From NCBI GenBank assembly GCA_046290225.1, contig JBKAGE010000037.1, positions 288,001 to 352,000 on the forward strand: a stretch of 64,000 bases of DNA. Direction: 5' to 3'. Each line of letters opens with the position of its first letter. Position 1 is the stretch's first letter. A program made the translations under genes and the position numbers. Of this stretch, positions 15,934 through 24,665 are shown piece after piece. Below the pieces are notes generated by a model. The model did not search any database. It was not told where the DNA came from and saw only the letters and a list, made by a program, of their open reading frames with translations. Source of the stretch: Bradymonadia bacterium. Its GTDB lineage: Bacteria; Myxococcota_A; Bradymonadia; UBA7976; UBA1532.

Positions 15934-18062
15934 CCTGCTTTGCCTTTCTCGATCTGGGGCAGGGCCCCGGTCTCACCGCTCTCAGCGTCACCCTCTTCCT
16001 CGTCAGCGGGGTAGAGCGTGTTGGGCTTGGGCACGAGGCCCTCGATGGGCTTCTTGTGCCGGCCGACGATGTTGCCCTCGTTCACCATGATGGGCATGGG
16101 CGGCTCGAGGATGTACCGGTAACCCCGCGAGGGGATGCGCATCTCGTAGACCTCTTCGCCTTTGAGGAACTGTCGGTGGTAGTTCACCATCTGCTCCCCC
16201 TTCACCTTCATGTGCCGGTGCTGAAGGATGAAGCCGTAGAGCCGCACGGCGAGGTGGTTGAGCAGGCGGTGGCAGCCGTGTGAGTAGCCCCGGCGGCTGT
16301 AGATCGACATGTAATCAGACGAGCCGTGGGCCCGGATGCCCTGATCCCAGTCGGCCTTGCCGTTGCGGCCGGGCATGACGAAGTAGCCCGCCACCAGACC
16401 GTAGGCGGACTCGTAGCCAGGGCCGGTCTCGCTGTAGTTCACGATCCCGCTGCCCTTACCGTTGATCCACTTGCGACGCACCAAGCCGCGGATCGGCGTG
16501 GTCACTGGCGGGATCCAGGCGGGTCCCGCCACCACCTTGCGCATCACCCGGGGGCCCACCTCGGACTTCTTGTACTTGTAGTACTCATAGCCATTCTTGG
16601 CCTGCTCCGCCCGCCAGCCGCCGATGGTGGAAGGCCACCGCGCCAACGGGATCTTCTGGCCTTCCCACTTCACGTGTAGCCAGAGCTTGGGCTTGCGCTT
16701 GCGGCTGGGGTAGCTCCACTTGTCGTTCTCGTCCCAGGGCGGGTCGTAGGTGACGTCGCCCCGATCGATGAACATGTGCAGATCCATGTGCTCGCTGTAG
16801 TACGGCGGCTTCTCGGGGAACTTCACCCCGAAGCGCAGCCACTGGAGATCCTGGTCGCTGTACTGCTCGAAGAGCTCGGCGAGCTGCTCCGGAGTCTCGA
16901 CACCGATTTGCTGCTTGGCCGCGGCGGTGAAGTCGGCGACGAGGTTGGGCACCTCGTGGGTCTCACCGTCAGGCGTCTTGTACGTGCGCTTCTTCTTGCC
17001 CACGTGCACCGAGCCGTCTTCCAAAATGCCCGTGGCGGCCACGACGCGCTCGGTGAGGGCGCGCTCGAAAGACAGGAAGTTCCCCTCGGCAGGGTTCATG
17101 GCCATGCGCTGCATGGTCTCGGCCTTGAGGGCGGGATACTCGTAGAGCATGTGCTTCTGCTGGAACTTCTTGAGCCCCAGCTTGAAGCCTCGATCCCACT
17201 TGCCCCGCTTGTGCTTGTAACGCTTGGGCAACATGCCCTCGCACTTGAGGCGCAGCTCGGCCTGCTGGAACGCCTTCCGGTTCACGGCGTTGCTGGTGTA
17301 GAGCCGCACGTTCTCCGCGGACTCCGGGTTGGCCTCGATGAGGGCCTCCCAGGTGTCGACCCCGGCCTCCTTCTTGAGCTTGAGCAGCTTCTTCTCAAGC
17401 TTGGCGGCCTTCCGGCGCCGGCGGCGATCCCGGCGCCCGTTGGGCTCGTAGATGGCATCGGTCTGTTTCAACAGATCGAAATCTACGGTGGCCATGCACT
17501 TGCTTTCTTCGTCTTTCACGAAGCGCTTGCGCACGACGCCGAAGCTCGGCGGGATCCCATAAGGCTCGAGGTAGTTGTGCTCCCCAGGTTCAAGGGGCTG
17601 ACCATCAGCGTCGCCGGTGTCGTTGGCGAGGCCGAGGAACACCGAGCGATAGCGGTGCACCTGCAACACGCCCTCCTCGTCTTCCTGATCGACGAAGATG
17701 TACGGGGTCCAGTCGTTGCGGAAGTCCACGAGGGTGTACCCCGCGGCGACAGCGGCAGAGGCCTCCACCACTCGGCGCTTGCCGTCGACGACGATCACGG
17801 CGCGCTCTTCTGGAGGCAGATCGTCCCGGGGGCGCAGCGGATCAGGCGGCGGTTGTGATGGCTTCTCTTTCACCATCTTCGCCGGCGTGTCGGCACCCTT
17901 CAGGGTGTCTTGCTGAGCTGAGCCCTCAGACGCTTTTTTCTGCTCAGAGGCCTTCTGCGTCGCAGCGGGTGTATCCCCCTTGCCGTCTTTCTTGGAGGTC
18001 TCGGGGCCACCACACGCGGTGATGGTCAACATCAGACAGGACAAGCTCAGTAGACGGTTCAT
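15930..18062 (-). CDS. Large L,D-transpeptidase (YkuD) family lipoprotein with PG-binding-like segment
   Basis: Lipobox ITAC; motifs GPAWIPP and IRAHGS...SHGCHRL (Hxx14-17SHGC); LKKFQQKH PG-binding-like motif. Confidence 0.85.
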   Translation of the reverse strand: MNRLLSLSCLMLTITACGGPETSKKDGKGDTPAATQKASEQKKASEGSAQQDTLKGADTPAKMVKEKPSQPPPDPLRPRDDLPPEERAVIVVDGKRRVVEASAAVAAGYTLVDFRNDWTPYIFVDQEDEEGVLQVHRYRSVFLGLANDTGDADGQPLEPGEHNYLEPYGIPPSFGVVRKRFVKDEESKCMATVDFDLLKQTDAIYEPNGRRDRRRRRKAAKLEKKLLKLKKEAGVDTWEALIEANPESAENVRLYTSNAVNRKAFQQAELRLKCEGMLPKRYKHKRGKWDRGFKLGLKKFQQKHMLYEYPALKAETMQRMAMNPAEGNFLSFERALTERVVAATGILEDGSVHVGKKKRTYKTPDGETHEVPNLVADFTAAAKQQIGVETPEQLAELFEQYSDQDLQWLRFGVKFPEKPPYYSEHMDLHMFIDRGDVTYDPPWDENDKWSYPSRKRKPKLWLHVKWEGQKIPLARWPSTIGGWRAEQAKNGYEYYKYKKSEVGPRVMRKVVAGPAWIPPVTTPIRGLVRRKWINGKGSGIVNYSETGPGYESAYGLVAGYFVMPGRNGKADWDQGIRAHGSSDYMSIYSRRGYSHGCHRLLNHLAVRLYGFILQHRHMKVKGEQMVNYHRQFLKGEEVYEMRIPSRGYRYILEPPMPIMVNEGNIVGRHKKPIEGLVPKPNTLYPADEEEGDAESGETGALPQIEKGKAG

Positions 18063-18170
18063 GGGCTTCCTCAGCGTCGGCTCGACAATGTGCGAAGATC
18101 CGGAGATGTTCTAGATGACCCCCTGGTTTTCACCTGGGGGCTTCCAAATCGAGAAACAGGATCGCGCATC

Positions 18171-20462
18171 GTGGCCGAGTCTACAAAGACATCAATGGAG
18201 CGCTATGCCGTCGAGGCGTCTCGGGGTCAAGGGTCTTGTGCCCGGATCATCGACGCACACGACTGTCTCCTTGACCGACCAGTGACACTCTGGCGGCCCG
18301 CGGTGGGGTGTACGGACGAGGCCCGCGAAAGGTTCACCGCACGCCTCGAAGCCTGGGCGCGCATCGCCAGCCCTCACGTACAACCGGTGTATTTGGTGAC
18401 CCACGATCACGAGGGCCCCTTTGCTGTGACGCCGCGCCCGATCTCGGGCCTGCGTGTAGATGCCTGGGCCCTCAAGGTGGACCAGCGGCAGCCCAGCGCA
18501 GCTGATCATGTCAAGCTGCGCATGATCGCCTGGCTGGTGGAGGCGGTCTCCCGAGGGCACACCCTCGGACTGGCCCATGGCGACCTGCTGAGCCCACACC
18601 TGACCATCATCTCTGATGGCACACCACGCCTCACGGCCTTCGGTGTACGTGAAGGTGATGCCGCCGACGACGTACGCGCCCTCGGCGCCCTGGCCTTGTC
18701 TCTGCTCACGGGAGAATCACCGTCTACAGTGCTCCATGGCACCCACGGCACCTGGCTCGACGCCACTGAGTCTCTCGATTTGCCTCTCGAGGCGCTGTTC
18801 TTGATCGAAAAGATGACCGAGGCCGAGCCCGAGAGCAGGCCTACTGCAGCAGCCCTCGCCCCTCAGTGGGCCGATCTCGCCGGCTCACTGGTGCCCACCC
18901 CCCGTCGCTGGTCCGCTCCTTCAGGGCCCACGGCTCACCAAGTGCACATCGTCGACGCTGCCTTGCAGCACGGTCCGATCACCGATCGACCCTCAGCGAC
19001 GATGTTCGAGCAGTGCCATCAAGCAGCCTCGTCCATCCTCGAGCAGCGCCCGGAGCTCCGCGATCACGTCGAGGCGGTCTATCTGGGCACCATGGGCCTC
19101 TCTCAGGGCAGCCCCCTGCACGCCACCCACATCCCCAACGCCTTGCGGGCCCGGCTGGGGCTCACCGGTATCCGCGGCGATGGCTACCACACCCACATGA
19201 GCACCTCCGAGTCCGGCGCCGTCGCGCTGCTCAAGGCGGTGCGCGACCTGCAATCGGGCCGCCGGACCACGGTGCTCGTAGTGGCCGCCGAGGCCATGTT
19301 CAGTGGTGATCCCGAGCACCGCCGAGCAGAGCGGGCGGAGATCAGCGCCTGGATCAAATCGGTGGTCGATCCCGGCGAGGGGGCCTACGACCTGAGCATG
19401 CTCAACATCGGTGATCTGATCATGGATCACCTGATCTGGGCCTCGGGTCTGCCGCCTGAGGACTGGCGTGAGGTGCTTCGAGATCTGACTCTGGGCAAAT
19501 ACGCTCGGGCGAGTGTGTATCCACAGGCGATGGAGGCCGCCAAAGCCCGTCGTCGCGGCCCGATCACCCCCGAGACGTACGCAGATGCTCGACAGAACCG
19601 GCCCGTGACGCCCCACTACCGCCTGCACGACGTCTGCCCCAACGCCAACGGCGCCACAGCGCTGGTGCTCAGCACAGATCCGGCCCTCGCCTCTGGGGTG
19701 CAGATTCTGGGCATGGGCGAAGGCCACACCAAGGTGGCTCTCACGGAGCGGACTGACCCCCTCGGCCGCCCGGCAGCAATGCGTCGCGCCCTGCGGCAGC
19801 TGTGCCACGACGCCGAGGTCGATCCTGCGCTGCTGCTCGACGCGGGTCACACCGTGGGCATCTTCCACGACGCCTTCCCCGCCATCGAGGCCTCGGCCCT
19901 GGCAGAGCTGGATCCCACAGCATCATGGTCCTGGCGCCTCGATCGTCTGAAGGCAGGCTGGACGAACGCCCTCGGCGGCCTCTCGGCGGCGGGCCACGCC
20001 CTGGGCAACTCGGGGCTCTTGCAGATCGCTCAAGCGTTCCACCTGCTCACGGACGATCCACGCTACCTCGAGGCGTTGCCAGAGGTCGCTCAGGGGCGCA
20101 GCTTCGTGCTGACGACGAGCGTGGGCGCGGCATTGACGAATGTGGTGAGTACGCTGGTGGGCCGCCTCGATGATGGCGCACAGACGCAACTGTCACGTGC
20201 GCGCGCGGCCTACGACAAGGGGACGATCAACGCACGCTGGCGACGCCCTGCCGGGGATCCGATGGTGGACGACCTGCTCGCCGCGTGCGGCCCTGGGGAA
20301 GGGATCGTGATCGCACGCACCCACGTACCCCACGATGATCGCTGGGTGCACCTGGTGCGTACGACTCAGGAGACGGTGCTGGCGATTTGTGACGCAGGAG
20401 TGCTGCCCTGCGGAGCACGGGTGAAAGTGTTCGAAGGGACGCCCCGACGCATCTCGCTCTGA
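18171..20462 (+). CDS. Pseudokinase - thiolase-like (SCP2/Ltp2 type, Cys absent) - OB-fold fusion protein
   Basis: Kinase remnants RY..GQG, HGDL, AFG, DVRALG and P..RP. Thiolase motifs VLVVAAEAM, CPNANGATALVL, HDAF and NALGGLSAAGHALGNSG. Start is GTG 18171 or ATG 18195. Confidence 0.75.
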   Translation: MAESTKTSMERYAVEASRGQGSCARIIDAHDCLLDRPVTLWRPAVGCTDEARERFTARLEAWARIASPHVQPVYLVTHDHEGPFAVTPRPISGLRVDAWALKVDQRQPSAADHVKLRMIAWLVEAVSRGHTLGLAHGDLLSPHLTIISDGTPRLTAFGVREGDAADDVRALGALALSLLTGESPSTVLHGTHGTWLDATESLDLPLEALFLIEKMTEAEPESRPTAAALAPQWADLAGSLVPTPRRWSAPSGPTAHQVHIVDAALQHGPITDRPSATMFEQCHQAASSILEQRPELRDHVEAVYLGTMGLSQGSPLHATHIPNALRARLGLTGIRGDGYHTHMSTSESGAVALLKAVRDLQSGRRTTVLVVAAEAMFSGDPEHRRAERAEISAWIKSVVDPGEGAYDLSMLNIGDLIMDHLIWASGLPPEDWREVLRDLTLGKYARASVYPQAMEAAKARRRGPITPETYADARQNRPVTPHYRLHDVCPNANGATALVLSTDPALASGVQILGMGEGHTKVALTERTDPLGRPAAMRRALRQLCHDAEVDPALLLDAGHTVGIFHDAFPAIEASALAELDPTASWSWRLDRLKAGWTNALGGLSAAGHALGNSGLLQIAQAFHLLTDDPRYLEALPEVAQGRSFVLTTSVGAALTNVVSTLVGRLDDGAQTQLSRARAAYDKGTINARWRRPAGDPMVDDLLAACGPGEGIVIARTHVPHDDRWVHLVRTTQETVLAICDAGVLPCGARVKVFEGTPRRISL

Positions 20463-20484
20463 ATCCGCAGCGATTCAGCGATAC

Positions 20485-21234
20485 TCAGAACCCGATCTTG
20501 CGCATCACGAATCGCGGCAGGCGCTTGATCACGAACATCACCCACCGCCACATCCCTGGGGTGTAGATCAACGGCTTGCCTTTGGTGATCGCCTTGATCA
20601 CGTCGTTGGCCACCTGCTCCGGCTCCCCTGCGAAGGGGGGCGGTGAGAGCCCCGCCGTCATCCCCGTCTTCACGAAGCCCGGCTTCACGCAAATCGTGTT
20701 CAGCCCATCAGCGCGGTGCTTGTGGTCGAGAGACTCGAGGTAGTGGCTCAGCCCCGCCTTGGTGCTGCCGTACAGCGCCACGGGCTTGCGACCGCGATCA
20801 CCGGCCACCGAGGAGAACACACACAATGTACCCCCACCGGGGTTGCTCAACAGATGGCGGCGCGCCAGCTCGCAAAACTCCACCGTGCCCGTGAAGTTCA
20901 CGAAGAGCATCTTGCGGCGCAGCGCCTCGTCGGCTTCGAGGGCGTCCTGGGTGCCGAACATGGCTGCCGTGATCACCACCGTGTCGAGACCCCCCATCTG
21001 CTCGATGGCGGACTCGAGGGCCGGGGCCAGGGTGTCGAAGTCATTGAGATCACAGTGAGCCGTGAACACGTCCCCGTCGCCGGCTCGGGCCCGGAGATCA
21101 GTGGCGCTCTTCTCCAGCTCTTCGGGGCGGCGACCCAGAATGCACAGCGTGTCGCCACGGGCGGCCATCTTGCGGGAGAGCGCGCGGCCCATGCCCCCCG
21201 TGGCGCCGAGGAACGCCACCTTCAGCCCGCTCAT
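20485..21234 (-). CDS. SDR oxidoreductase, DprE2-like
   Basis: Motifs GATGGMG, SSVAGDRGR, YGSTK and VKPGFVKTGMT; translationally coupled to the DprE1-like gene. Confidence 0.9.
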   Translation of the reverse strand: MSGLKVAFLGATGGMGRALSRKMAARGDTLCILGRRPEELEKSATDLRARAGDGDVFTAHCDLNDFDTLAPALESAIEQMGGLDTVVITAAMFGTQDALEADEALRRKMLFVNFTGTVEFCELARRHLLSNPGGGTLCVFSSVAGDRGRKPVALYGSTKAGLSHYLESLDHKHRADGLNTICVKPGFVKTGMTAGLSPPPFAGEPEQVANDVIKAITKGKPLIYTPGMWRWVMFVIKRLPRFVMRKIGF

Positions 21235-22586
21235 GAGACCTCCTCGTCGATCAAGCGTCGGGCCATGGCGCTGCTCAGGCGGCCTTCAGGATCCCAGGTG
21301 CGGCGGATCGCGTTGAACTGCTTCAGGTTCGGGTACATGGCTTGGAAATGCTCGCGGCGGGTGAAGGCGTCTTTCGCCAGATAGATGCGACCGTCGTGCT
21401 TGAGCACGTACTCGTTCAGGGCGTCCACGAGGGCCTGAGTCTTTGCCCGCACTGGGATGTCGAGGGCGATCGACGTACCCCGCTTGGGGAACGACATCAG
21501 CCCTTCACCTGCGGGGCCGCAGTCTTTGAACACCGTCACGAACGACGCCCCGCCCATCTTCTGGAACAGCTCGAGGAACTCCCGGAACAGCTTCGCGTCG
21601 GTGGGCATCACGCATTGATACTGGGTGAAGCCCTTGGGGCCATACCCCTTGTTCCACTTCGAGATGGCGTCGAGGGGGTAGAAGTAGCCCTGTGGGTGGG
21701 CGATGTGTTTGACGTGCTTGCTGCCGTGCTTGGTGTACCAGGCGGTGTTGGCCAGCCCCAGGGTGAAGTTGCTCACTAGGCCGTGGGGCATGGTGAAGGG
21801 CACGGCGATCTCGAACTTCTCCGGGGGCATGGCGGGTTTGCCGGCGGCCTCTTCTTTCGTGGCCCATCGGCCGGCCATCACGATGCCCCGGCCGAGCTTC
21901 TTGCCCTTGCTCGAAGTGTCGATCCAGGCCACCGTCATGGGCCACTCTTTGCTCGTCGTGCCCAGACGCTCAAGGACCTGCTCGATGTCGGGCAAGCGCT
22001 CGCTCTCTTCGTAGATCCAGGGGCTGCTGATGGCCTCGAGCTGGAACTCCACCTCGAGGATGTGGCCCGTGAGGCCCATGCCGCCGAGGGTGGCCACGAA
22101 GAGCTCAGGCTCGCTCTCCCGCGTCACCTCGAGGATGCGCCCGTCGGCCACCCGCATCCGCAGCGCGCTCACGTGCCGACCGAAGGTGCCCGCCACGTGG
22201 TGGTTCTTTCCGTGTACGTCACTGGCCACCATGCCGCCGAGGGTGACGAACTGCGTGCCCGTGGTCACCGGCGTGAACCAGCCATGGGGCATGGTGATGC
22301 GGTTGAGGGTGTGGAGCGACAGACCCGCCTCCGCCCGGAAACGCCCTGTCTCCGTGTTGAAGCACAGCACCCGATCGGCGAGGGGCGTGATCGCCACCAC
22401 GCCATCGCTCGATCCGGGCAGCGCTGCGTCGCCGTAGGCCCTGCCGAGGCCACGACAGAGGGTGGCGCCATCGGTGATGGCGGGCAGATTCTCAGATTCG
22501 AGGGCTGGAGCTTCTACCCGTGGGTAGCGGCCCCAGCCTTCCAGGATCTGAGCGGCGGGCTTCGGTGGGGTGGGCCGGCTGTTCAT
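21231..22586 (-). CDS. FAD-binding oxidoreductase, DprE1-like
   Basis: Motifs GWGR, RGLGRAYGD, GTQFVTLGG, DVHGKNHH, GGMGLTG, QYQ and GRIYLAKD. Confidence 0.92.
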   Translation of the reverse strand: MNSRPTPPKPAAQILEGWGRYPRVEAPALESENLPAITDGATLCRGLGRAYGDAALPGSSDGVVAITPLADRVLCFNTETGRFRAEAGLSLHTLNRITMPHGWFTPVTTGTQFVTLGGMVASDVHGKNHHVAGTFGRHVSALRMRVADGRILEVTRESEPELFVATLGGMGLTGHILEVEFQLEAISSPWIYEESERLPDIEQVLERLGTTSKEWPMTVAWIDTSSKGKKLGRGIVMAGRWATKEEAAGKPAMPPEKFEIAVPFTMPHGLVSNFTLGLANTAWYTKHGSKHVKHIAHPQGYFYPLDAISKWNKGYGPKGFTQYQCVMPTDAKLFREFLELFQKMGGASFVTVFKDCGPAGEGLMSFPKRGTSIALDIPVRAKTQALVDALNEYVLKHDGRIYLAKDAFTRREHFQAMYPNLKQFNAIRRTWDPEGRLSSAMARRLIDEEVS

Positions 22587-22769
22587 GGCGTGAATATGAC
22601 GATGGGGGGGGTCGAGTTCAAGCTTCAAGGTCTGGGTACAGGCCGCCGAAAGACCAGTGCGACACACCCCGTATCGGGGGATGATGACGACATCCTCTTG
22701 TAAAGCGTTGCATCTTCATCTATCCCCCCGCCATCAAAGTCGAAGCACAGGCCAGAGGCAGAGGAACAC

Positions 22770-23144
22770 ATGGCGTACGACTACACCTTCAAGGGCACTC
22801 TCCAGTTCCCCACCCCGGAGCTGCTGACGTCCAACCTCGAGCAGCTCAAGGAGCAGCTCGAAGACGAAGACGAAAATGTGCAGGAGCTTGCTGCAGAAGA
22901 ATGGGAAAACTGGTTCAGCATCGACGAAGAGGACACAGTCACCCTCAACGTCATCATCGAGGCCCACGGCCCCGGTGACTGGTGGTTCGTGCTCGAGGGC
23001 CTCATCGAGAGCCTCGTAGAAGAGGCCGAGGATGGCCACATCGACGCCCACCACGAGTCTGGTGACACCACCACCCGCTATCACGCCGGCGGTGAGACCT
23101 CGGAGCTCGACGAAGAAGAGCTCGAAGACGACGAAGACGAATGA
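22770..23144 (+). CDS. Small highly acidic hypothetical protein
   Basis: GAGGA RBS and good codon bias; 40 of 124 residues are D/E versus 3 K/R. Confidence 0.85.
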   Translation: MAYDYTFKGTLQFPTPELLTSNLEQLKEQLEDEDENVQELAAEEWENWFSIDEEDTVTLNVIIEAHGPGDWWFVLEGLIESLVEEAEDGHIDAHHESGDTTTRYHAGGETSELDEEELEDDEDE

Positions 23145-23160
23145 GGTGATCGGGGGCGGC

Positions 23161-23808
23161 TCAGACCGCTGCTGGGGCAGCTCCAGCGCTCGAATTGCCC
23201 TGGGGGCGGGTGTTCTGACGCGCTTGCTCACGCGCCTCGGCGTCGAGCTTTGCCTCGGCGAGGGCCACGCCGGCCTTCATGGCCGCCCTCGCCGCCCGAC
23301 GCGCCTTGACCGCGAGCCGACGCTCGCGATCTCGCTTCTCCCGCTCAGTCCCCACATAGGGCTTGCGGGTCCCCATGATGTGATCAAACCAGGGTTTGGT
23401 GACACACCAGTTGGCTTCCTGATCGGGGGCCATGTGGTGATCGTAGTGCCACGGCAGGTTCTCCCGGGCCCAGTCTTCGTCGAGGTGCGCCTTGCGGTGC
23501 ACGTAGTGGTAGCGAAAGGCGCTGTAGACCAGCGTGCTCACGAAGAACGGGGCGATGGGGAACAAGGGCAGGTGCGTCGAGGTGAGCAGCGCCAGGCTCA
23601 ACGCCTCTTTGCCCTGTGAGTGCCAGCCGAAGAGCGATCGCTGGTAGCCGGGATCGATGTGATCGTTCCGCCGGGCGGCCTTGTGATGATCGTGCCAGTG
23701 AAAGTTGAAGAAGTGTCCCTTCTTCTTCCCTGCACCGTGGAGGACGTGCTTGTGAATCGCCCACTCTGCGGCGTTGGCATAGAGCAGGCCGATGGGGATG
23801 CCGATCAT
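23161..23808 (-). CDS. Fatty acid hydroxylase / sterol desaturase family protein
   Basis: His boxes EWAIHKHVLH, HWHDHH, YVHRKAH and WHYDHH; AGGAGG RBS before the ATG at 23808. Confidence 0.88.
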   Translation of the reverse strand: MIGIPIGLLYANAAEWAIHKHVLHGAGKKKGHFFNFHWHDHHKAARRNDHIDPGYQRSLFGWHSQGKEALSLALLTSTHLPLFPIAPFFVSTLVYSAFRYHYVHRKAHLDEDWARENLPWHYDHHMAPDQEANWCVTKPWFDHIMGTRKPYVGTEREKRDRERRLAVKARRAARAAMKAGVALAEAKLDAEAREQARQNTRPQGNSSAGAAPAAV

Positions 23809-23897
23809 GGGTGCCTCCTGTGAAGTGTCGGTGCGCAGTGTTTCATTTGCGTAGAGCCCACGATCTGAGCAGACTCCATGTTCACGGCCACCAATTG

Positions 23898-23914
23898 GTG
23901 ACCACGCAGTCACA
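23898..23914. promoter_or_regulatory. Putative TetR operator 1 (TGAC-N6-GTCA)
   Basis: Palindromic GTGACCACGCAGTCAC in the divergent intergenic region; a second copy is nearby. Confidence 0.65.
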
Positions 23915-23936
23915 CTATCTTAAAAAGAGGTCGGTC

Positions 23937-24665
23937 TTGTCCAGCGACCACTCAACAAAAAATGACCAGGCGGTCACAAATGACCCACTCAAGCCCCAAC
24001 CTCCACGGGTGCCTGAGCAGCGCCCGGGTCCCGAGGGGGGGCGCCGGGCCCGAAACCGTCAATTGAAGACCGAGGCCTTGTGTCACGCGGCCCTCGAGCT
24101 GTTCCTCAAGAGCGGGATCGAGAGCGTCACCATCGAGCAGATCGCCAGCAATGCGGGGGTGGCCAAGGGCAGCTTCTATCGCTACTTCAAGGACAAGACC
24201 GAGCTGGTGGAGACCCTGCTGCGATCGCTCCAGAGCGCCTTCACCGAAGCCATGAACCAGTGCCGCCAGGATCTCGAGCAGGTGGAGAATCGGATACAGC
24301 TCTTCGAGGCCTATCGCACCCTGGGGCAGACCCTCGCAGAGCCGATGATCACCCAAGCGGGCTTGGTGCAGCTCTACCTGCAAGAGAGCCGCGCCCCTGG
24401 CGTGGGCGCCCGGGCGCCGGTCCGCACCCTGGCCCTCGAGATCGGCCGTCAGGCCATCGAGCTGGGTTGGGTGGCCCACGATCGCGGGCTGCTGCGTCCC
24501 ATCGATCCCCGGGTGGCAGCCCTCACCGTGGTAGGCGCCGTGGAGCGCCTGCTCTTCGGGTTCCTCGCAGGCGAAGATGTGGGACCACCGCTCGCCGCTC
24601 CAGAGGCCCTCGTGTCCATCATCCTCGACGGCTTGAACCTCCGAGGGGTAGATTCCGGGTCATGA
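23937..24665 (+). CDS. TetR/AcrR family regulator
   Basis: HTH AALELF..GIESVTIEQIASNAGVAKGSFYRYFKDK. Start inferred as TTG 23937 with an AGAGG RBS; uncertain. Confidence 0.93.
   Translation: MSSDHSTKNDQAVTNDPLKPQPPRVPEQRPGPEGGRRARNRQLKTEALCHAALELFLKSGIESVTIEQIASNAGVAKGSFYRYFKDKTELVETLLRSLQSAFTEAMNQCRQDLEQVENRIQLFEAYRTLGQTLAEPMITQAGLVQLYLQESRAPGVGARAPVRTLALEIGRQAIELGWVAHDRGLLRPIDPRVAALTVVGAVERLLFGFLAGEDVGPPLAAPEALVSIILDGLNLRGVDSGS
23963..23978. promoter_or_regulatory. Putative TetR operator 2 (TGAC-N6-GTCA)
   Basis: TGACCAGGCGGTCACA; shares TGACCAnGCnGTCACA with operator 1. Confidence 0.65.

Noticed and set aside
24080..24661. Extended N-terminus of the DUF3754 ORF
   Set aside because: It overlaps tetR in another frame; the ATGA-coupled start at 24662 fits better.
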